This document shows positions 1-10,272 of a stretch of DNA of 64,000 bases, piece after piece. A model generated the notes under the pieces. That model made no database searches and had not been told where the DNA came from. It worked only from the letters and a program-made list of their open reading frames with translations. The DNA is from Candidatus Bathyarchaeia archaeon. GTDB taxonomy: Archaea > Thermoproteota > Bathyarchaeia > 40CM-2-53-6. The translations under genes and the position numbers were made by a program. The stretch is from assembly GCA_049513715.1 (NCBI GenBank), contig JBEKVV010000001.1:800001-864000 (forward strand), in the 5' to 3' direction. Position 1 is the first letter of the stretch. Each line of letters opens with the position of its first letter.

Positions 1-2456
1 CCTAATGGTACTCCCAAGTAGAAAGCGCCAATCAGGAAACTTGCCAGTAGGCCGGATATTAGTACGGCAAGCTCGGGGTAGGCGGAGGTTGCTGAGAACA
101 GGTTTGATGTTAGGTATAGGATTCCTACGAGCGGATAGAGCACGCCCTTCATCACCGTTCGCTCAACCCAATGAGTGTTCAAGTACGCGGCAACGCTGGG
201 GCTGAACGAATAGTACCAAGCGTTGAAAACCAACATGAAACTGGAACCAGACTTGGTGCCCATAATTGAATTGTCACGGAAGTTGCGGAGCAACTGAACC
301 TCAGGCGCCACTTGCGAACCATAAGTTGCAGTCGCGATGAGACACAACGGTTTTTGTGGTGGCGCGGTGCTGGATGTAATCGTGGATGTAATCGTAGTTG
401 AAGAGGACGTGACCTGAATAGTCACATTCGCTGTATGTATAAGCAATCCACTGAACCCGGTGACCTGTAGCAGGTAGCTTCCCGTTGTGGATGTGAGGGA
501 AGTGGTTATGGTTAGAGTCGAGGAGGCGACTGCGTTTGACAATGGGGTTACAGGTCCATCGAGGTTGATCGTGACTCCGTCAGGAGCTATGCTACTCCAG
601 GAGGCTGACAGTGAGACGCTGGAACTGAATGCGTTTTGTGAATAGACAGATATCGTTGCCGTCTTTGAACTTCCCTGATTTATCATGATCGTCGCTGACG
701 AAACTCCAATTGCGAAGTCTTGCAAGCCAGCCCGAATCACGGTTACCGTCAAGCTTGTGGAATGCGACAGGGACCCGCTTGCTGCAATAATCGGTATAAT
801 GTAAGTTCCCGTTGGTGTTGATCCTGCGACTGATACGATAAGCTGGGCGGCTGCGGTTCCCGCTAACGGCACAAGCATAGGGCTCGCAGTGAAGCTAAGG
901 CTCAATCCGTTCACGGCGGTTGTTGTGAGAGTAACAGGAGAGGAGAATGTGCCGGAAGCTTGCAATGTTACCGTTGAGGTTGTTTGTGAGCCCTGGATCA
1001 CATTAATCGTTGTCGGTGAAATTGAGATGCTGAAGTCGCCTCCTGATACTATGACCTGGATCAAGATATTCACCGCATGGCTAAGTGAACCGCTCGTCCC
1101 TACTACGTTGAGCGTGTAGGTTCCCACTTGAGCAGTAGTCGAGGCGGAAAATGTTACGGCAGCAAGAGTCGACCCATCGTCCGGCGGGGTGGCAGATCCA
1201 GGAATAGTGAAGGATAGCCCTTGAGGGGATATGCCAAACCAGGATGCGGACAGGGTGATGGGCGACGTAAAGTGGTTAATTGAGGACACATAGACGGTTC
1301 CTCCCGAGCTCGCTCCTTGATTAATTCCGATCGGAGCAGACAAAGAGGTGATGGAAAAGTCTGGGCTCGCAGCTTGCGATACGATAATTGTGATGGTTGT
1401 GCTATGCGTTAACCCTCCGCCGATTCCAGTAATCAGCATCGGATAAGTTCCCGAACTAGCCGACGGACTAACTGATATGACCGCGGTTGCAGTTGCTGCC
1501 CCTCCCGGCAATTCGGTCATCGGATTTGGTGAGAAATTCAAAGACACCCCGGAGGGACCATTGGCTGTTAGTTCTACGGCAGAAGAGAATCCGCCGAAAG
1601 AGCTCACGGTTACAGTGGCGGTCGTAGATGTGCCAGGCCGCATGCTGAGGCTCGAAGGCGCAACTGCGATAGTGAAATCCATAGGTAAAACCACCTGCAA
1701 AGTGAACTGGGTCGAATGAACGATTACGCTTTGAGAGACACCTAACGGGTCGCTTGTACCGGTCACGGCGATAGGGTAAAGCCCAACAGCAACCCATGAC
1801 GGAACGGAAACCGAAAGGAATGAGGTAGCTGATGTACCATAAGGGCTCGAAACGCCTGACGGCGGAAACAAGTGGCTTTGCGAGAAACTCAAAGACACAC
1901 CCGAAGGTTCCCCGCTATGTATCAAAGATACGCCTGAAGAGAAACCGTTGAAGGAGAAGACGGTGACGGTCGAGGATCCGTGTCCACCGGGTGCTATGTT
2001 GAGGACTGGCGGGGAGACAGAGATCCCGAAGTCCTGCGGGACAGTCCTGGGTGTTACTTGCAGGCCAAACGCATAAGTGTGGATAGTTGAACCACTCGAT
2101 CCAACAAGCGTGAGATAGTATGTGTTACCGGACACACTTGAATCAACCGTGAACGACGCGGTTGTGGTCACGGAACCTCCCGCAGGCGGCGTAACAGGAT
2201 TTGAGCTGAGATTAACCGTCACACCAACCGGAAGGACTGAGAAAAACAGTTGCACCGGACCACTGAATCCGTTCACCGAAGTAACGGTTACAACCACGCT
2301 CGCTTGCGAACCTGCCACCAAATTCAAACTGGAAGGTGAAGCGGCCAGCGCGAATGTAGGAAGCAGTTGCGCATTTACCGCCATGGCGAAAGAGGAAAAT
2401 AACGTAAGGAGAATTATTACTGTTTGAAGGAAAGCTCTTTTTCCTTTCTCACTCAA
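1..2456 (-). CDS. Large cell-surface protein, 3'-truncated by the window edge: signal peptide, six ~105-aa beta-rich 'DFxIxxxP..GFS..V.L' repeats, S/T/P linker, CFI-box-CTERM domain
   Basis: Absent from the ORF track, presumably because no stop occurs before the window edge. Segments read manually from TTG 2456: MSEKGKRAFLQTVIILLTLFSSFAMAVNAQ. Repeats start near 2355, 2035, 1680, 1365, 1040 and 720. The C-terminal CLIATATYGSQVAPEVQLLRNFRD...FMLVFNAWYYSFSP (~345-200) is in the same frame and matches the CFI-box-CTERM pattern. Confidence 0.88.
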   Translation of the reverse strand, partial: MSEKGKRAFLQTVIILLTLFSSFAMAVNAQLLPTFALAASPSSLNLVAGSQASVVVTVTSVNGFSGPVQLFFSVLPVGVTVNLSSNPVTPPAGGSVTTTASFTVDSSVSGNTYYLTLVGSSGSTIHTYAFGLQVTPRTVPQDFGISVSPPVLNIAPGGHGSSTVTVFSFNGFSSGVSLIHSGEPSGVSLSFSQSHLFPPSGVSSPYGTSATSFLSVSVPSWVAVGLYPIAVTGTSDPLGVSQSVIVHSTQFTLQVVLPMDFTIAVAPSSLSMRPGTSTTATVTVSSFGGFSSAVELTANGPSGVSLNFSPNPMTELPGGAATATAVISVSPSASSGTYPMLITGIGGGLTHSTTITIIVSQAASPDFSITSLSAPIGINQGASSGGTVYVSSINHFTSPITLSASWFGISPQGLSFTIPGSATPPDDGSTLAAVTFSASTTAQVGTYTLNVVGTSGSLSHAVNILIQVIVSGGDFSISISPTTINVIQGSQTTSTVTLQASGTFSSPVTLTTTAVNGLSLSFTASPMLVPLAGTAAAQLIVSVAGSTPTGTYIIPIIAASGSLSHSTSLTVTVIRAGLQDFAIGVSSATIMINQGSSKTATISVYSQNAFSSSVSLSASWSSIAPDGVTINLDGPVTPLSNAVASSTLTITTSLTSTTGSYLLQVTGFSGLLIHTANVTIQVTSSSTTITSTITSSTAPPQKPLCLIATATYGSQVAPEVQLLRNFRDNSIMGTKSGSSFMLVFNAWYYSFSPSVAAYLNTHWVERTVMKGVLYPLVGILYLTSNLFSATSAYPELAVLISGLLASFLIGAFYLGVPL

Positions 2457-2532
2457 GTTGCTCCACACCTATTGGTCGAGGGAGGTACACAAGATAATCG
2501 CATGTTCCTTCGCTCGTTCATGCTGAGTTCAT

Positions 2533-2850
2533 TCAGAGGTACTTCGATGCTAAGCCGACTATGCCGCCGATGAGTACGAGTACACCGCCAAGGCCGCCTC
2601 CGATCAGTCCTACAACTATGAGAACAATATCCCACGTGAGGTCGGTAGCACGTTTGGCGCCATAGATGGCAACAATGCCGAGGATGATTTCAATGATTCC
2701 CCAAAAGGCTCCACCGAGGGACCCAAGCACCGATGGCATGAGCATCATGAAAGCCATTCCCACGAAGCTCAGGAGACCCTGGATTACGAGGATTACTCCG
2801 CCAATCAGTGCGAGAATGTACGCAAGCCTTCCTAAGGAAGCTTTAGCCAT
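2533..2850 (-). CDS. Small Gly-rich multi-pass membrane protein (DUF6114-like)
   Basis: 105 aa, 3-4 hydrophobic helices, ends GGGLGGVLVLIGG; resembles the C-terminal domain of 36284..38671. Confidence 0.75.
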   Translation of the reverse strand: MAKASLGRLAYILALIGGVILVIQGLLSFVGMAFMMLMPSVLGSLGGAFWGIIEIILGIVAIYGAKRATDLTWDIVLIVVGLIGGGLGGVLVLIGGIVGLASKYL

Positions 2851-2873
2851 CGAGGATCATCCAACTTTAGATT

Positions 2874-3041
2874 CTAAAAGAGTTTCAGTAGGTACGGCAG
2901 GGCTAGGAAGATTATTCCCACGATGACCATGATGATGCCGACCCATTTCGCTAGCTTCCCCGCGAAGAACACGATCACACCTAGAATTATCACAACGATT
3001 GGGTTCAGTGTCAGCAGCCACTGGTACGCTGAATTAGCCAT
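2874..3041 (-). CDS. Small two-TM membrane protein (55 aa)
   Basis: ATG 3041 MANSAYQWLLTLNPIVVIILG...; two hydrophobic segments; co-oriented with neighbours. Confidence 0.65.
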   Translation of the reverse strand: MANSAYQWLLTLNPIVVIILGVIVFFAGKLAKWVGIIMVIVGIIFLALPYLLKLF

Positions 3042-3233
3042 GGAACCTGCACTTTGATTCGCACCGAATTCGTTAAGGATCCTAAACAGACTTACACCAA
3101 GTAAAGGCGCTATCATAGAATAGATCTTGCTCATATCAATCAAGTCACGATGTGACATAGTTGAATCGTGCTTATAAGGCTATATATTTATATCGTTAAT
3201 GCTGAAGGTAGCGTATCTCCGGGAATCTAGACT

Positions 3234-3452
3234 TTGGGCAAGATGTACATGGTTCTTTCTGACGAGACGGAACGCACACTCCGACTGGCCGTTGTCACAA
3301 TTCTCCGCTGAAGGAAGGGCGATCTAAGCAGTGCAATCGAGGTGGCTATCAAAGAATGGCTGGACAAACATGCCACAGAAGCCAACATTACCAAATGGGT
3401 GCGCGGCCAGCTGCATGAAAGAGGTCCAGGGAGACCCCGTGCTTCGAAATGA
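3234..3452 (+). pseudogene. Interrupted ribbon-helix-helix-like DNA-binding protein, paralog of 3867..4034
   Basis: TTG-GKMYMVLSDETERTLRLAVVTILR*RKGDLSSAIEVAIKEWL aligns without gaps to 3867..4034; the in-frame TGA at 3309-3311 falls on a Gly position. Confidence 0.7.
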
Positions 3453-3866
3453 TCTTTGTGGATCATGTGCGACCAATATTGAACCTCGAATTCAGATGGT
3501 TAGCTTCAAGGTTTACTGTTGTTAGAACTCATCGCTCCTCTTTCATAATTCTGGCATACTCTAAGTCATTCTAATTACTTGTAGGCGGAAATCCCTCTTC
3601 TTCACGCATTTCTGGAACCGCAGTATCTCTGCATGAGTATTACGGGAATCGCCCGTAACCGGGAAGAAGTTTGAGCTCTAACGAAGAATCAACCAAGGAA
3701 CGAGAACAATGAGCATGATCCCAAAAAGACCGATGTGTACACGCATTTTGAATCTCCCTCCAAGACCTACTGAAATTCAGCCGCAGTTATAGAGCTACAT
3801 CTGTATGACGTTAAATATACAAGCTTATATCGTGCTTTGCGTGTATACAGTTCAGCCAGATATCCT

Positions 3867-4034
3867 TTGGGAAAAATCTACGTGGTACTCTCGGATGACA
3901 CAGAGCGCCGACTGCGATTGACAATCGTGAAGAGGCTCGGAGGGAAGAAAGGAGACCTCAGTGTCGCGATAGAGGAAGCTGTCAGTGACTGGCTAGGTAA
4001 GGACTGGTTGAAGCCTGGAGATCATCGGACGTAA
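3867..4034 (+). CDS. Ribbon-helix-helix (CopG/Arc-like) DNA-binding protein
   Basis: MGKIYVVLSDDTERRLRLTIVKRLGGKKGDLSVAIEEAVSDWL has a strand-helix-helix pattern; TATA-like sequence upstream. Confidence 0.75.
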   Translation: MGKIYVVLSDDTERRLRLTIVKRLGGKKGDLSVAIEEAVSDWLGKDWLKPGDHRT

Positions 4035-4055
4035 GAAGGGAGGTGAAGAAAAGAA

Positions 4056-4346
4056 ATGTCATGTGCATGTATTGGGAACAATTATTACGGTCGCAGACCG
4101 GACTATATGTTCGCTCCGTCGTATGGTTATCCTTCGTACGGTTACGGCTACGGTTCGTATGGATATCCTTACTACAATAACTATTATGGACAGGGTTCGT
4201 ATGGTTATCCGTCGTATGGTTATCCGTCGTATGGTTATCCGTCGTATGGTTATCCTTCGTACGGTTACGGCTACGGTTCGTATGGATATCCTTACTACAA
4301 TAACTATTATGGACAGGGTTCGTATGGTTATCCGTACTATTGGTAA
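4056..4346 (+). CDS. Tyr/Gly/Ser/Pro-rich low-complexity peptide (96 aa) with N-terminal SCAC
   Basis: Strong GGAGGTGA RBS about 10 nt upstream; PSYGY repeats; 35 Tyr by my count; hairpin downstream. Confidence 0.75.
   Translation: MSCACIGNNYYGRRPDYMFAPSYGYPSYGYGYGSYGYPYYNNYYGQGSYGYPSYGYPSYGYPSYGYPSYGYGYGSYGYPYYNNYYGQGSYGYPYYW
4116..4335. repeat. 97-bp direct repeat (4116-4212 = 4239-4335) with 15-bp tandem units (ccgtcgtatggttat) between the copies
   Basis: Direct comparison; periods of 123 and 15 nt are both multiples of 3. Confidence 0.9.
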
Positions 4347-4375
4347 TCAGAGCATCGAAACTAAACCGACTAGAC

Positions 4376-4412
4376 CGAGCACTGATGGTGCTCGTCCTCT
4401 CTTCTCTCATTC
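4376..4412 (+). terminator. Hairpin CGAGCAC-tgatg-GTGCTCG plus pyrimidine tract
   Basis: 7-bp stem followed by tcctctcttctctcatt, about 30 nt after the stop of 4056..4346. Confidence 0.6.
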
Positions 4413-4509
4413 AATTGAAGCGTTGAAAACACAGGCTGTTAGCTCAAGAGCAGCATAAGAGTCATGGGTATCGCATCAAAACGATACGGACCAAACAGGC
4501 TATGGGGAA

Positions 4510-4935
4510 GTGGAGGTTGTGACTCCAAGGAACAAAACTGCCGGTATCCTGTGCATTGTGGGTGGTGCTCTTCTTGTGGTCGCAGGAACCACCGGCATGA
4601 AGCCCTTGCTGGAGGAAATCCTGAAGTACATTCAACCAACAGTTGATGCGTTCCCGATCCTCGCCACAATTTTCAAGGCGCTGATATTCATAGCCGCCCT
4701 TGGTGGAATCTCTGTCATAATAGGTGGGCTCTTGACCTTCCACGTCCCAAGGATAGGAAAGCTCTTGGTAATGCTCGGTGCCGGATTAGGTCTGCTCGGT
4801 TTCATGATCCCCATGAGCCTCGCTTGGCACCAAGGAATACCAATCAACGAATTGTTCGAAGGATATGTCTCATCGACGGGGGGGTACGTGCTGGGCATCA
4901 TGCTTACGATAATTGGGCGCCTCATCGCGAAGTAA
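4510..4935 (+). CDS. Hypothetical 4-TM membrane protein
   Basis: 141 aa, four hydrophobic Gly-rich helices; exact start uncertain. Confidence 0.75.
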   Translation: MEVVTPRNKTAGILCIVGGALLVVAGTTGMKPLLEEILKYIQPTVDAFPILATIFKALIFIAALGGISVIIGGLLTFHVPRIGKLLVMLGAGLGLLGFMIPMSLAWHQGIPINELFEGYVSSTGGYVLGIMLTIIGRLIAK

Positions 4936-4997
4936 ATCATAGCTTACATGGTAGCGCGCCAACCATCTGCCCAACCTGCTGCTGAATCATTCTGCTT

Positions 4998-5234
4998 TCA
5001 TGGAGACTTTCTCTTGGGTTTCTTGACCTTCACTAGCTGTTGCCCATTCAGCCGTGTCCCTTCCCGTTCACGCTCTTCCTCATCCTGCTCCAGTCTATCC
5101 TCGTCCTTTTCCTCTTCGGCACTCTCATCAGCGCCTTCCCGTTCACGCTCTTCCTCGTTCTCCTGTTCCCGCTGATCTTCTTCCTGCTCTCCCTCACGCT
5201 CCTTTTCCTCTTCCTCGTCGGACTCTTCACTCAA
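4998..5234 (-). CDS. Highly acidic low-complexity protein with basic tail
   Basis: TTG start after GGAGG; EEEREREG repeated; ends KVKKPKRKSP. Confidence 0.5.
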   Translation of the reverse strand: MSEESDEEEEKEREGEQEEDQREQENEEEREREGADESAEEEKDEDRLEQDEEEREREGTRLNGQQLVKVKKPKRKSP

Positions 5235-5504
5235 TAGTATCGCCTCCGCAGCATTTTCCAGCCTTGTCTCCTTCCGCTCTATGATTAATGGCTTTTTCTT
5301 GGGGCCTTTTCGCGGCTAGGCGCAGAGACTTGTCGGCGTTCGCATGTGTGAAGGCCCATAACCATTCCTGGGTACATGAAGACCCGGCTTCCAGCTAACA
5401 TAATGTCGTTTGGAGTTTGCACATGGAGCGACCCACCTAAATGGTCTAGAAGCTGAGTTGTGTAGCTATTTCTCTCTCTATCAATTTCGACCGGAAGTGA
5501 CCCA

Positions 5505-6791
5505 TTAGGATACGTTTTGTTTAGCGCCGCATTGGGAACAGAATTTGACGTCGGCGGGCAAAAGGGCACCGCATTGGACGCAATGCCCTGCTTGAATGCG
5601 AGGATACTGAGGAGAAGGCAAACCCGAAGGACCGAGACCAGGGCCCAGCTCGAGCTCTTGCCGCGTCTGGATCGTGCTGACAACGTCCTCACGGGTTGCC
5701 ATGCCAACCAGTCGACCCCCGTCGATCACCAAGACGCGCCCGACTTTGTTCCGAGCCATCTTCTGCATTGCATCCAAGGCGGTCACAGAAGACTTCACCA
5801 TTACCGTGTGTTCGAATGGAACCATCGCTTCCCGAACAGTCACGGAATCCCTCTTTTCCTTAGGAACAGTCCGTACGCACTGCAATGTGACTACGCCCAG
5901 AACCTCACCGTTCTTCACAACAGGGTAGCCTCCATGGCGGTGCACAAGGAGATAATCTGAGACGAGCTGCTGAACCGTGATCTCCGGCGGGACGGTCAAG
6001 ACTTCTCTAGTCATGATGTCACCAACCGAAACCCCCAAGAGAGCTTCGCCAACAAGCGTTTGCTTGAGACTGGTTTGCGCCCCGGACCTGATGAACCAAC
6101 CTAGCACTATTACCCATATTCCATCAACGAAGTCTCCGAAGATTATGAACGCGAACCCTCCGAACATCATTAGCAACGAAATGACCTCACTAACTCTTAT
6201 AGCGGTCCTGGTGGCTCCGACGAAATTGTTCGAATGCTTCCAGATGCTTCCACGGAATACCCTGCCGCCATCTAGCGGAAACGCGGGAAGTAGGTTGAAT
6301 GCTCCCAGAATTCCATTGATCAGTGCCGCATAGCCGAGTGTAGCAATTATCGCGACCGGTGCATGAGCAGACTCTCCTAGGTACCATAGTGCTCCCAAGA
6401 CGCCTGCGATTAGGAAACTCATCAAGGGGCCCGCGGCAGCCATACGAACCTCTAAGCCCGGGTCTTGAGGCTCTTCAGTCATCTCAGAGACACCTCCAAA
6501 GAAGAAGAGTGTAATTCTCGCAATCGGAAGTCCGTTTTTCTTCGCTATGTAAGAATGAGAGAGCTCATGTACAAGGACGGAAACGAAGAGGATTATTGCG
6601 GACGCAATACCAATGGCCCAGTAAGTCACGGTGCTAAGGCCCGGATATTGATGAGGCATGTACCCAACCGCGAGCGACCAGGCGATAAGAATGAAAACGA
6701 ACCACAACGTGTAGTGAATTCTGATCGGAATCCCCATGATTCTTCCGAGCCTCACAGACGTCGCTGATAACCTCCTAGGCGGGACCCACAT
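5505..6791 (-). CDS. Site-2 protease (M50) with CBS pair and C-terminal zinc ribbon
   Basis: HELSH, AAAGP and FNLLPAFPLDGG motifs; CBS region (DIMTREV...EAM); CVQC...CSQC tail. Confidence 0.93.
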   Translation of the reverse strand: MWVPPRRLSATSVRLGRIMGIPIRIHYTLWFVFILIAWSLAVGYMPHQYPGLSTVTYWAIGIASAIILFVSVLVHELSHSYIAKKNGLPIARITLFFFGGVSEMTEEPQDPGLEVRMAAAGPLMSFLIAGVLGALWYLGESAHAPVAIIATLGYAALINGILGAFNLLPAFPLDGGRVFRGSIWKHSNNFVGATRTAIRVSEVISLLMMFGGFAFIIFGDFVDGIWVIVLGWFIRSGAQTSLKQTLVGEALLGVSVGDIMTREVLTVPPEITVQQLVSDYLLVHRHGGYPVVKNGEVLGVVTLQCVRTVPKEKRDSVTVREAMVPFEHTVMVKSSVTALDAMQKMARNKVGRVLVIDGGRLVGMATREDVVSTIQTRQELELGPGLGPSGLPSPQYPRIQAGHCVQCGALLPADVKFCSQCGAKQNVS

Positions 6792-6999
6792 GATTCAGGA
6801 CCAATAGAAAAACCCCTTTGGTTGAACAGCAGTCTTATAATTAATGCTGTAACCCGGAGGAGATTCGAGATTCTTTACAGCTATAACTAACGGTTCTAAA
6901 GGCTTAATCTGCACACACGGTTCCAGATCCTTTCAAAAACGCATCGCATACGATAGATTGATGAACACGAGGTGTATGGGTGAATAAGTGTGAGAGAAC

Positions 7000-7398
7000 A
7001 TGAAAGGATACGTAATCCAAATTGAGAAAGAGACGAGGAAGAATGCAGATTTTCGGCGTGTGTTGTATACTGGGAAGCACAGTCAGCTCGTACTCATGAG
7101 CCTTAAACCATTAGAAGAGATTGGTGCAGAGACACACGAGGATGTCGATCAATTCTTTCGATTTGAACGCGGAGAAGGAAAAGTAGTCATTGACGGCGTA
7201 GAACACCTTGTTAAGGACGGGAACGGAATCATCGTTCCTGCGGGCGCTAGACATAATGTAATCAACACCTCTAAGCGAGCGACCCTTAGACTATACACGA
7301 TTTACTCCCCACCTGAACACAAGGATGGTGTGGTCCGCCATACGAAAGGAGAAGCGATGGCAAGTGAGGAGCACTTCGACGGGCGAACCACGGAGTAG
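7000..7398 (+). CDS. Cupin domain protein
   Basis: EIGAETHEDVDQFFRFERG, IVPAGARHNVIN and LYTIYSPPEH motifs. Confidence 0.9.
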   Translation: MKGYVIQIEKETRKNADFRRVLYTGKHSQLVLMSLKPLEEIGAETHEDVDQFFRFERGEGKVVIDGVEHLVKDGNGIIVPAGARHNVINTSKRATLRLYTIYSPPEHKDGVVRHTKGEAMASEEHFDGRTTE

Positions 7399-7756
7399 CA
7401 GAACTTAGCCCACCCCATAACCGAATGTCGTTGTAGTGTGGACACGCAACGAATCTCCTTACGAGAGCGTCAATTCGCAATAATCAGAATGACCTCTCGA
7501 CAAAAGAACGGACATACACCCTAAAATAAGCTGCAAATCTCCGACCGCTGCAGCATACCCCATTCTTTCACATTCCCGAGGCCAGGATCCAGATACCGTT
7601 CTGGCGAAACCAATCATAAAAGCCAAGAAAACAGTAGGCATAGTTCATCGTATTCGGATTCAGCTAGTGCCGAATCTTACTTTCTACTCCCTGACTACTT
7701 TGTAGTTAGCGTTTATCTAGCAACTTAGTCATGATGGGATATAGTGATGCCACAGA

Positions 7757-9289
7757 ATGATCGACCATGTTTTTGTCGTAATGTTAGAGAACAGAAGCTT
7801 TGACCATATGCTTGGTTTTTCGCAAATTCAAGGCACTGATCCGTCCGGAAAACTAACGAAGATCGAAGGGCTCACCGGGAAAGAAAGCAACATTCCACTG
7901 AGTGGCGACCTCGTCAACGTCTCGTCGCCAGCAGATTTCATACTGGCTTACGGTCCAGGTCATGAATTTAATGACGTGAAAGAGCAACTCTGTGGAAAAG
8001 GCCACACGTATTCTTCGCCTGCTCCGTCGCCAGGCCAAATTGATCCTAACATAAACAATAGCGGTTATGTTTCTAACTACAGCGTATACGATCGCAAGAA
8101 TCCCGGAAATATCATGAAATGTTACCTGCCAGAACAGTTGCCAATCCTGACGACGTTAGCCAAGGAATTTGCAGTGTGCGACCGCTGGTTTTCATCAATG
8201 CCCGGACCTACGTGGCCCAACCGCTTCTTCATACACGCTGCCTCCTCTGGAGGTTTGGACGACAGCCCCTCCTTCTCCCGCGAGTTCAAGTCCATACTTT
8301 ATGATGGCTTCAAGTTCGACAACGGCACAATCTATGACCGGCTAGACTCTGAGGACCATGATTGGATGATTTATTGCGATGATGAATTTCCTCAAGTGCT
8401 CTCGATCGCTGGGATGCGTTCCCATTTCACTAAACACTTTACACCATTCAATCTATTCAAACAGGACGTGAGTAATCCTCTTTTCTCAAAATCTTACGTA
8501 TTCATAGAACCGGATTATCATGCCTTCACGGGTAATTTCCGAGGTGGCAATTCTCAGCATCCAATGGACGACATAACTCGGGGGGAGAAGATGCTTAAGG
8601 AAATTTACGAAACCATACGTCAGTCTCCCCACTGAGAAAGCAGTCTACTCATCATAACCTACGACGAGCACGGCGGATTCTATGATCACGTTGTGCCACC
8701 CGCCACTGTACATCCAGGAGATTCTATCACCGACCCGGGTAACAATCATAACAACTTTGACTTTCAACAACTCGGTGTTAGGGTGCCGACGATAATTGTC
8801 TCACCGCTAATCCCTAAGGGCACGATTGATCACACCGTTTACGACCACACTTCTGTTCTCGCTACGGTTGAGAAGCTGTTCAAGCTCAGCAGCCTAACTG
8901 AACGGGACGAGAAAGCAGAAACGGTGAACGATCTACTCACGCTTAGCGATCCTCGAACCGATACACCTGCGGTATTGCCTAATCCGGCTGACTCAGGCTT
9001 TAGCTATAATGATGAAGACGAGAAACCAAAGAACGCTATGGTGTCGTTTCTCAGCGGCATAATGTCCGGCCGCATTTCCATCCTGAACCGTGAACCGGTT
9101 GATCCATCATTGCGAGGGTTCCACCACGTCGCTCTCTTAAGAGATCTTGGAGATTCACCTTCAACTGGAAAGGAGCAACATTTCGAAAGATTCTTGAGGC
9201 ATAAGAAAGTTGATGCTGTAAGATACATGCAGCAGGTCAGACAGAAGGTAACCGCCAAAGGTCACGAAGTATCAGCCAAGGAATCATAA
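7757..9289 (+). pseudogene. Phosphoesterase / phospholipase C family protein split by one in-frame TGA (8633-8635)
   Basis: HVFVVMLENRSFDHMLG and GPTWPNRF; the frame continues SPH*ESSLLIITYDEHGGFYDHV...LGVRVPTIIVSP...YDHTSVL. Confidence 0.85.
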
Positions 9290-9773
9290 GAGCATGAGCT
9301 GCCGGATGATGAATCCTTTAAGTTCAAAGCGATGCTAAGTACGGGAATGCAAGCAGCTAGGAACCGCTCAGTCGCTCGCACGAATGATGGGTCAAATCCA
9401 AGACATTGAGGTTCTAATGAAGGACTTGTTTGCATTTAAATGGAAAAAGAAGAACGCGCAGCAAGCTGTAGATGAAATTTGATTCGATCTTGAACGAAGA
9501 AAAACTGACGCTGCTCAACGCTTTCTAAGAGCTATTCCTAAGTTGGGGAACATCTGGAAACCAATAATCCATGAACAAACAGCCTTCAGATATAGAGTAG
9601 ATGTTCATTGAAAGTTCTGAGGATTAGTCCAGACGCACTCTTCGTGCAATGGTTTCTAAAGTCGTTTCTGCTCCGAGAGAAAACGCTGAATTGCAGTCGT
9701 CTTAGAGATGTGAACGATCCGGTTGGGCGGTAGTGAAAGGGGTGTGCTATCAGTGTCCTCTATAGGTTTCGGA

Positions 9774-10124
9774 TCAGAATAGTGATACGATAGCTAGCCC
9801 CAGTAGGAGTGCGAGCGCGGCGGTCACTATTGCGAGGGCAACCAACGCTATGATGCCAACTAGTGCGGCTTTGCTCCACCCGGTGTCGAAGAAATGCTTG
9901 ATCAACCACACCCAAACGACCAGCGTTACCAGTAACCCCAACAGGCCAGAGACGAACATGCTCAATACTGCGTTTATTATAACTCCAAGCACTACTATCC
10001 AGAGTGCGTCCGTGAACTTCGCTTTCTCCTTGCCGACCATCGCTCGACCTACAAGCCACAGAAATGGGGCGACGAGTATGACGTCTGCAATGATTTCGCC
10101 TAGTAACGATGTTAGACTCACCAA
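9774..10124 (-). CDS. Hypothetical 4-TM membrane protein
   Basis: 116 aa, hydrophobic; KAKFTDALWIV and IKHFFDTGW motifs. Confidence 0.75.
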   Translation of the reverse strand: MVSLTSLLGEIIADVILVAPFLWLVGRAMVGKEKAKFTDALWIVVLGVIINAVLSMFVSGLLGLLVTLVVWVWLIKHFFDTGWSKAALVGIIALVALAIVTAALALLLGLAIVSLF

Positions 10125-10134
10125 TCCATTTTCC

Positions 10135-10272
10135 TCACAAAGATACCCTTACGAGCTGAATCAGCTGAAGTAGACCTGCGACCAGAAATGTGATCGTGAC
10201 ATTTACGACCAAGACCAAGAGACCAAAAATTATTCCCAACCTTTTCCGCCTGATCTGCATTCTAAATTTCAT
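10135..10272 (-). CDS. Putative single-TM microprotein (45 aa)
   Basis: Manual read MKFRMQIRRKRLGIIFGLLVLVVNVTITFLVAGLLQLIQLVRVSL; directly upstream of 9774..10124. Confidence 0.45.
   Translation of the reverse strand: MKFRMQIRRKRLGIIFGLLVLVVNVTITFLVAGLLQLIQLVRVSL

Noticed and set aside
5..2427. Short plus-strand ORFs in the track
   Set aside because: They are antisense shadows of the large minus-strand surface protein
4116..4335. Possible CRISPR array
   Set aside because: The repeats are contiguous and in frame, with no unique spacers and no cas genes
3982..4458. Alternative-frame repeat ORFs (3982..4410 -, 4063..4458 +)
   Set aside because: They are open because the repeat lengths are multiples of 3; the RBS spacing supports 4056
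9418..9611. Small ORF with an internal TGA (MKDLFAFKW...DEI*FDLERR...)
   Set aside because: No recognisable family, so it cannot be distinguished from chance
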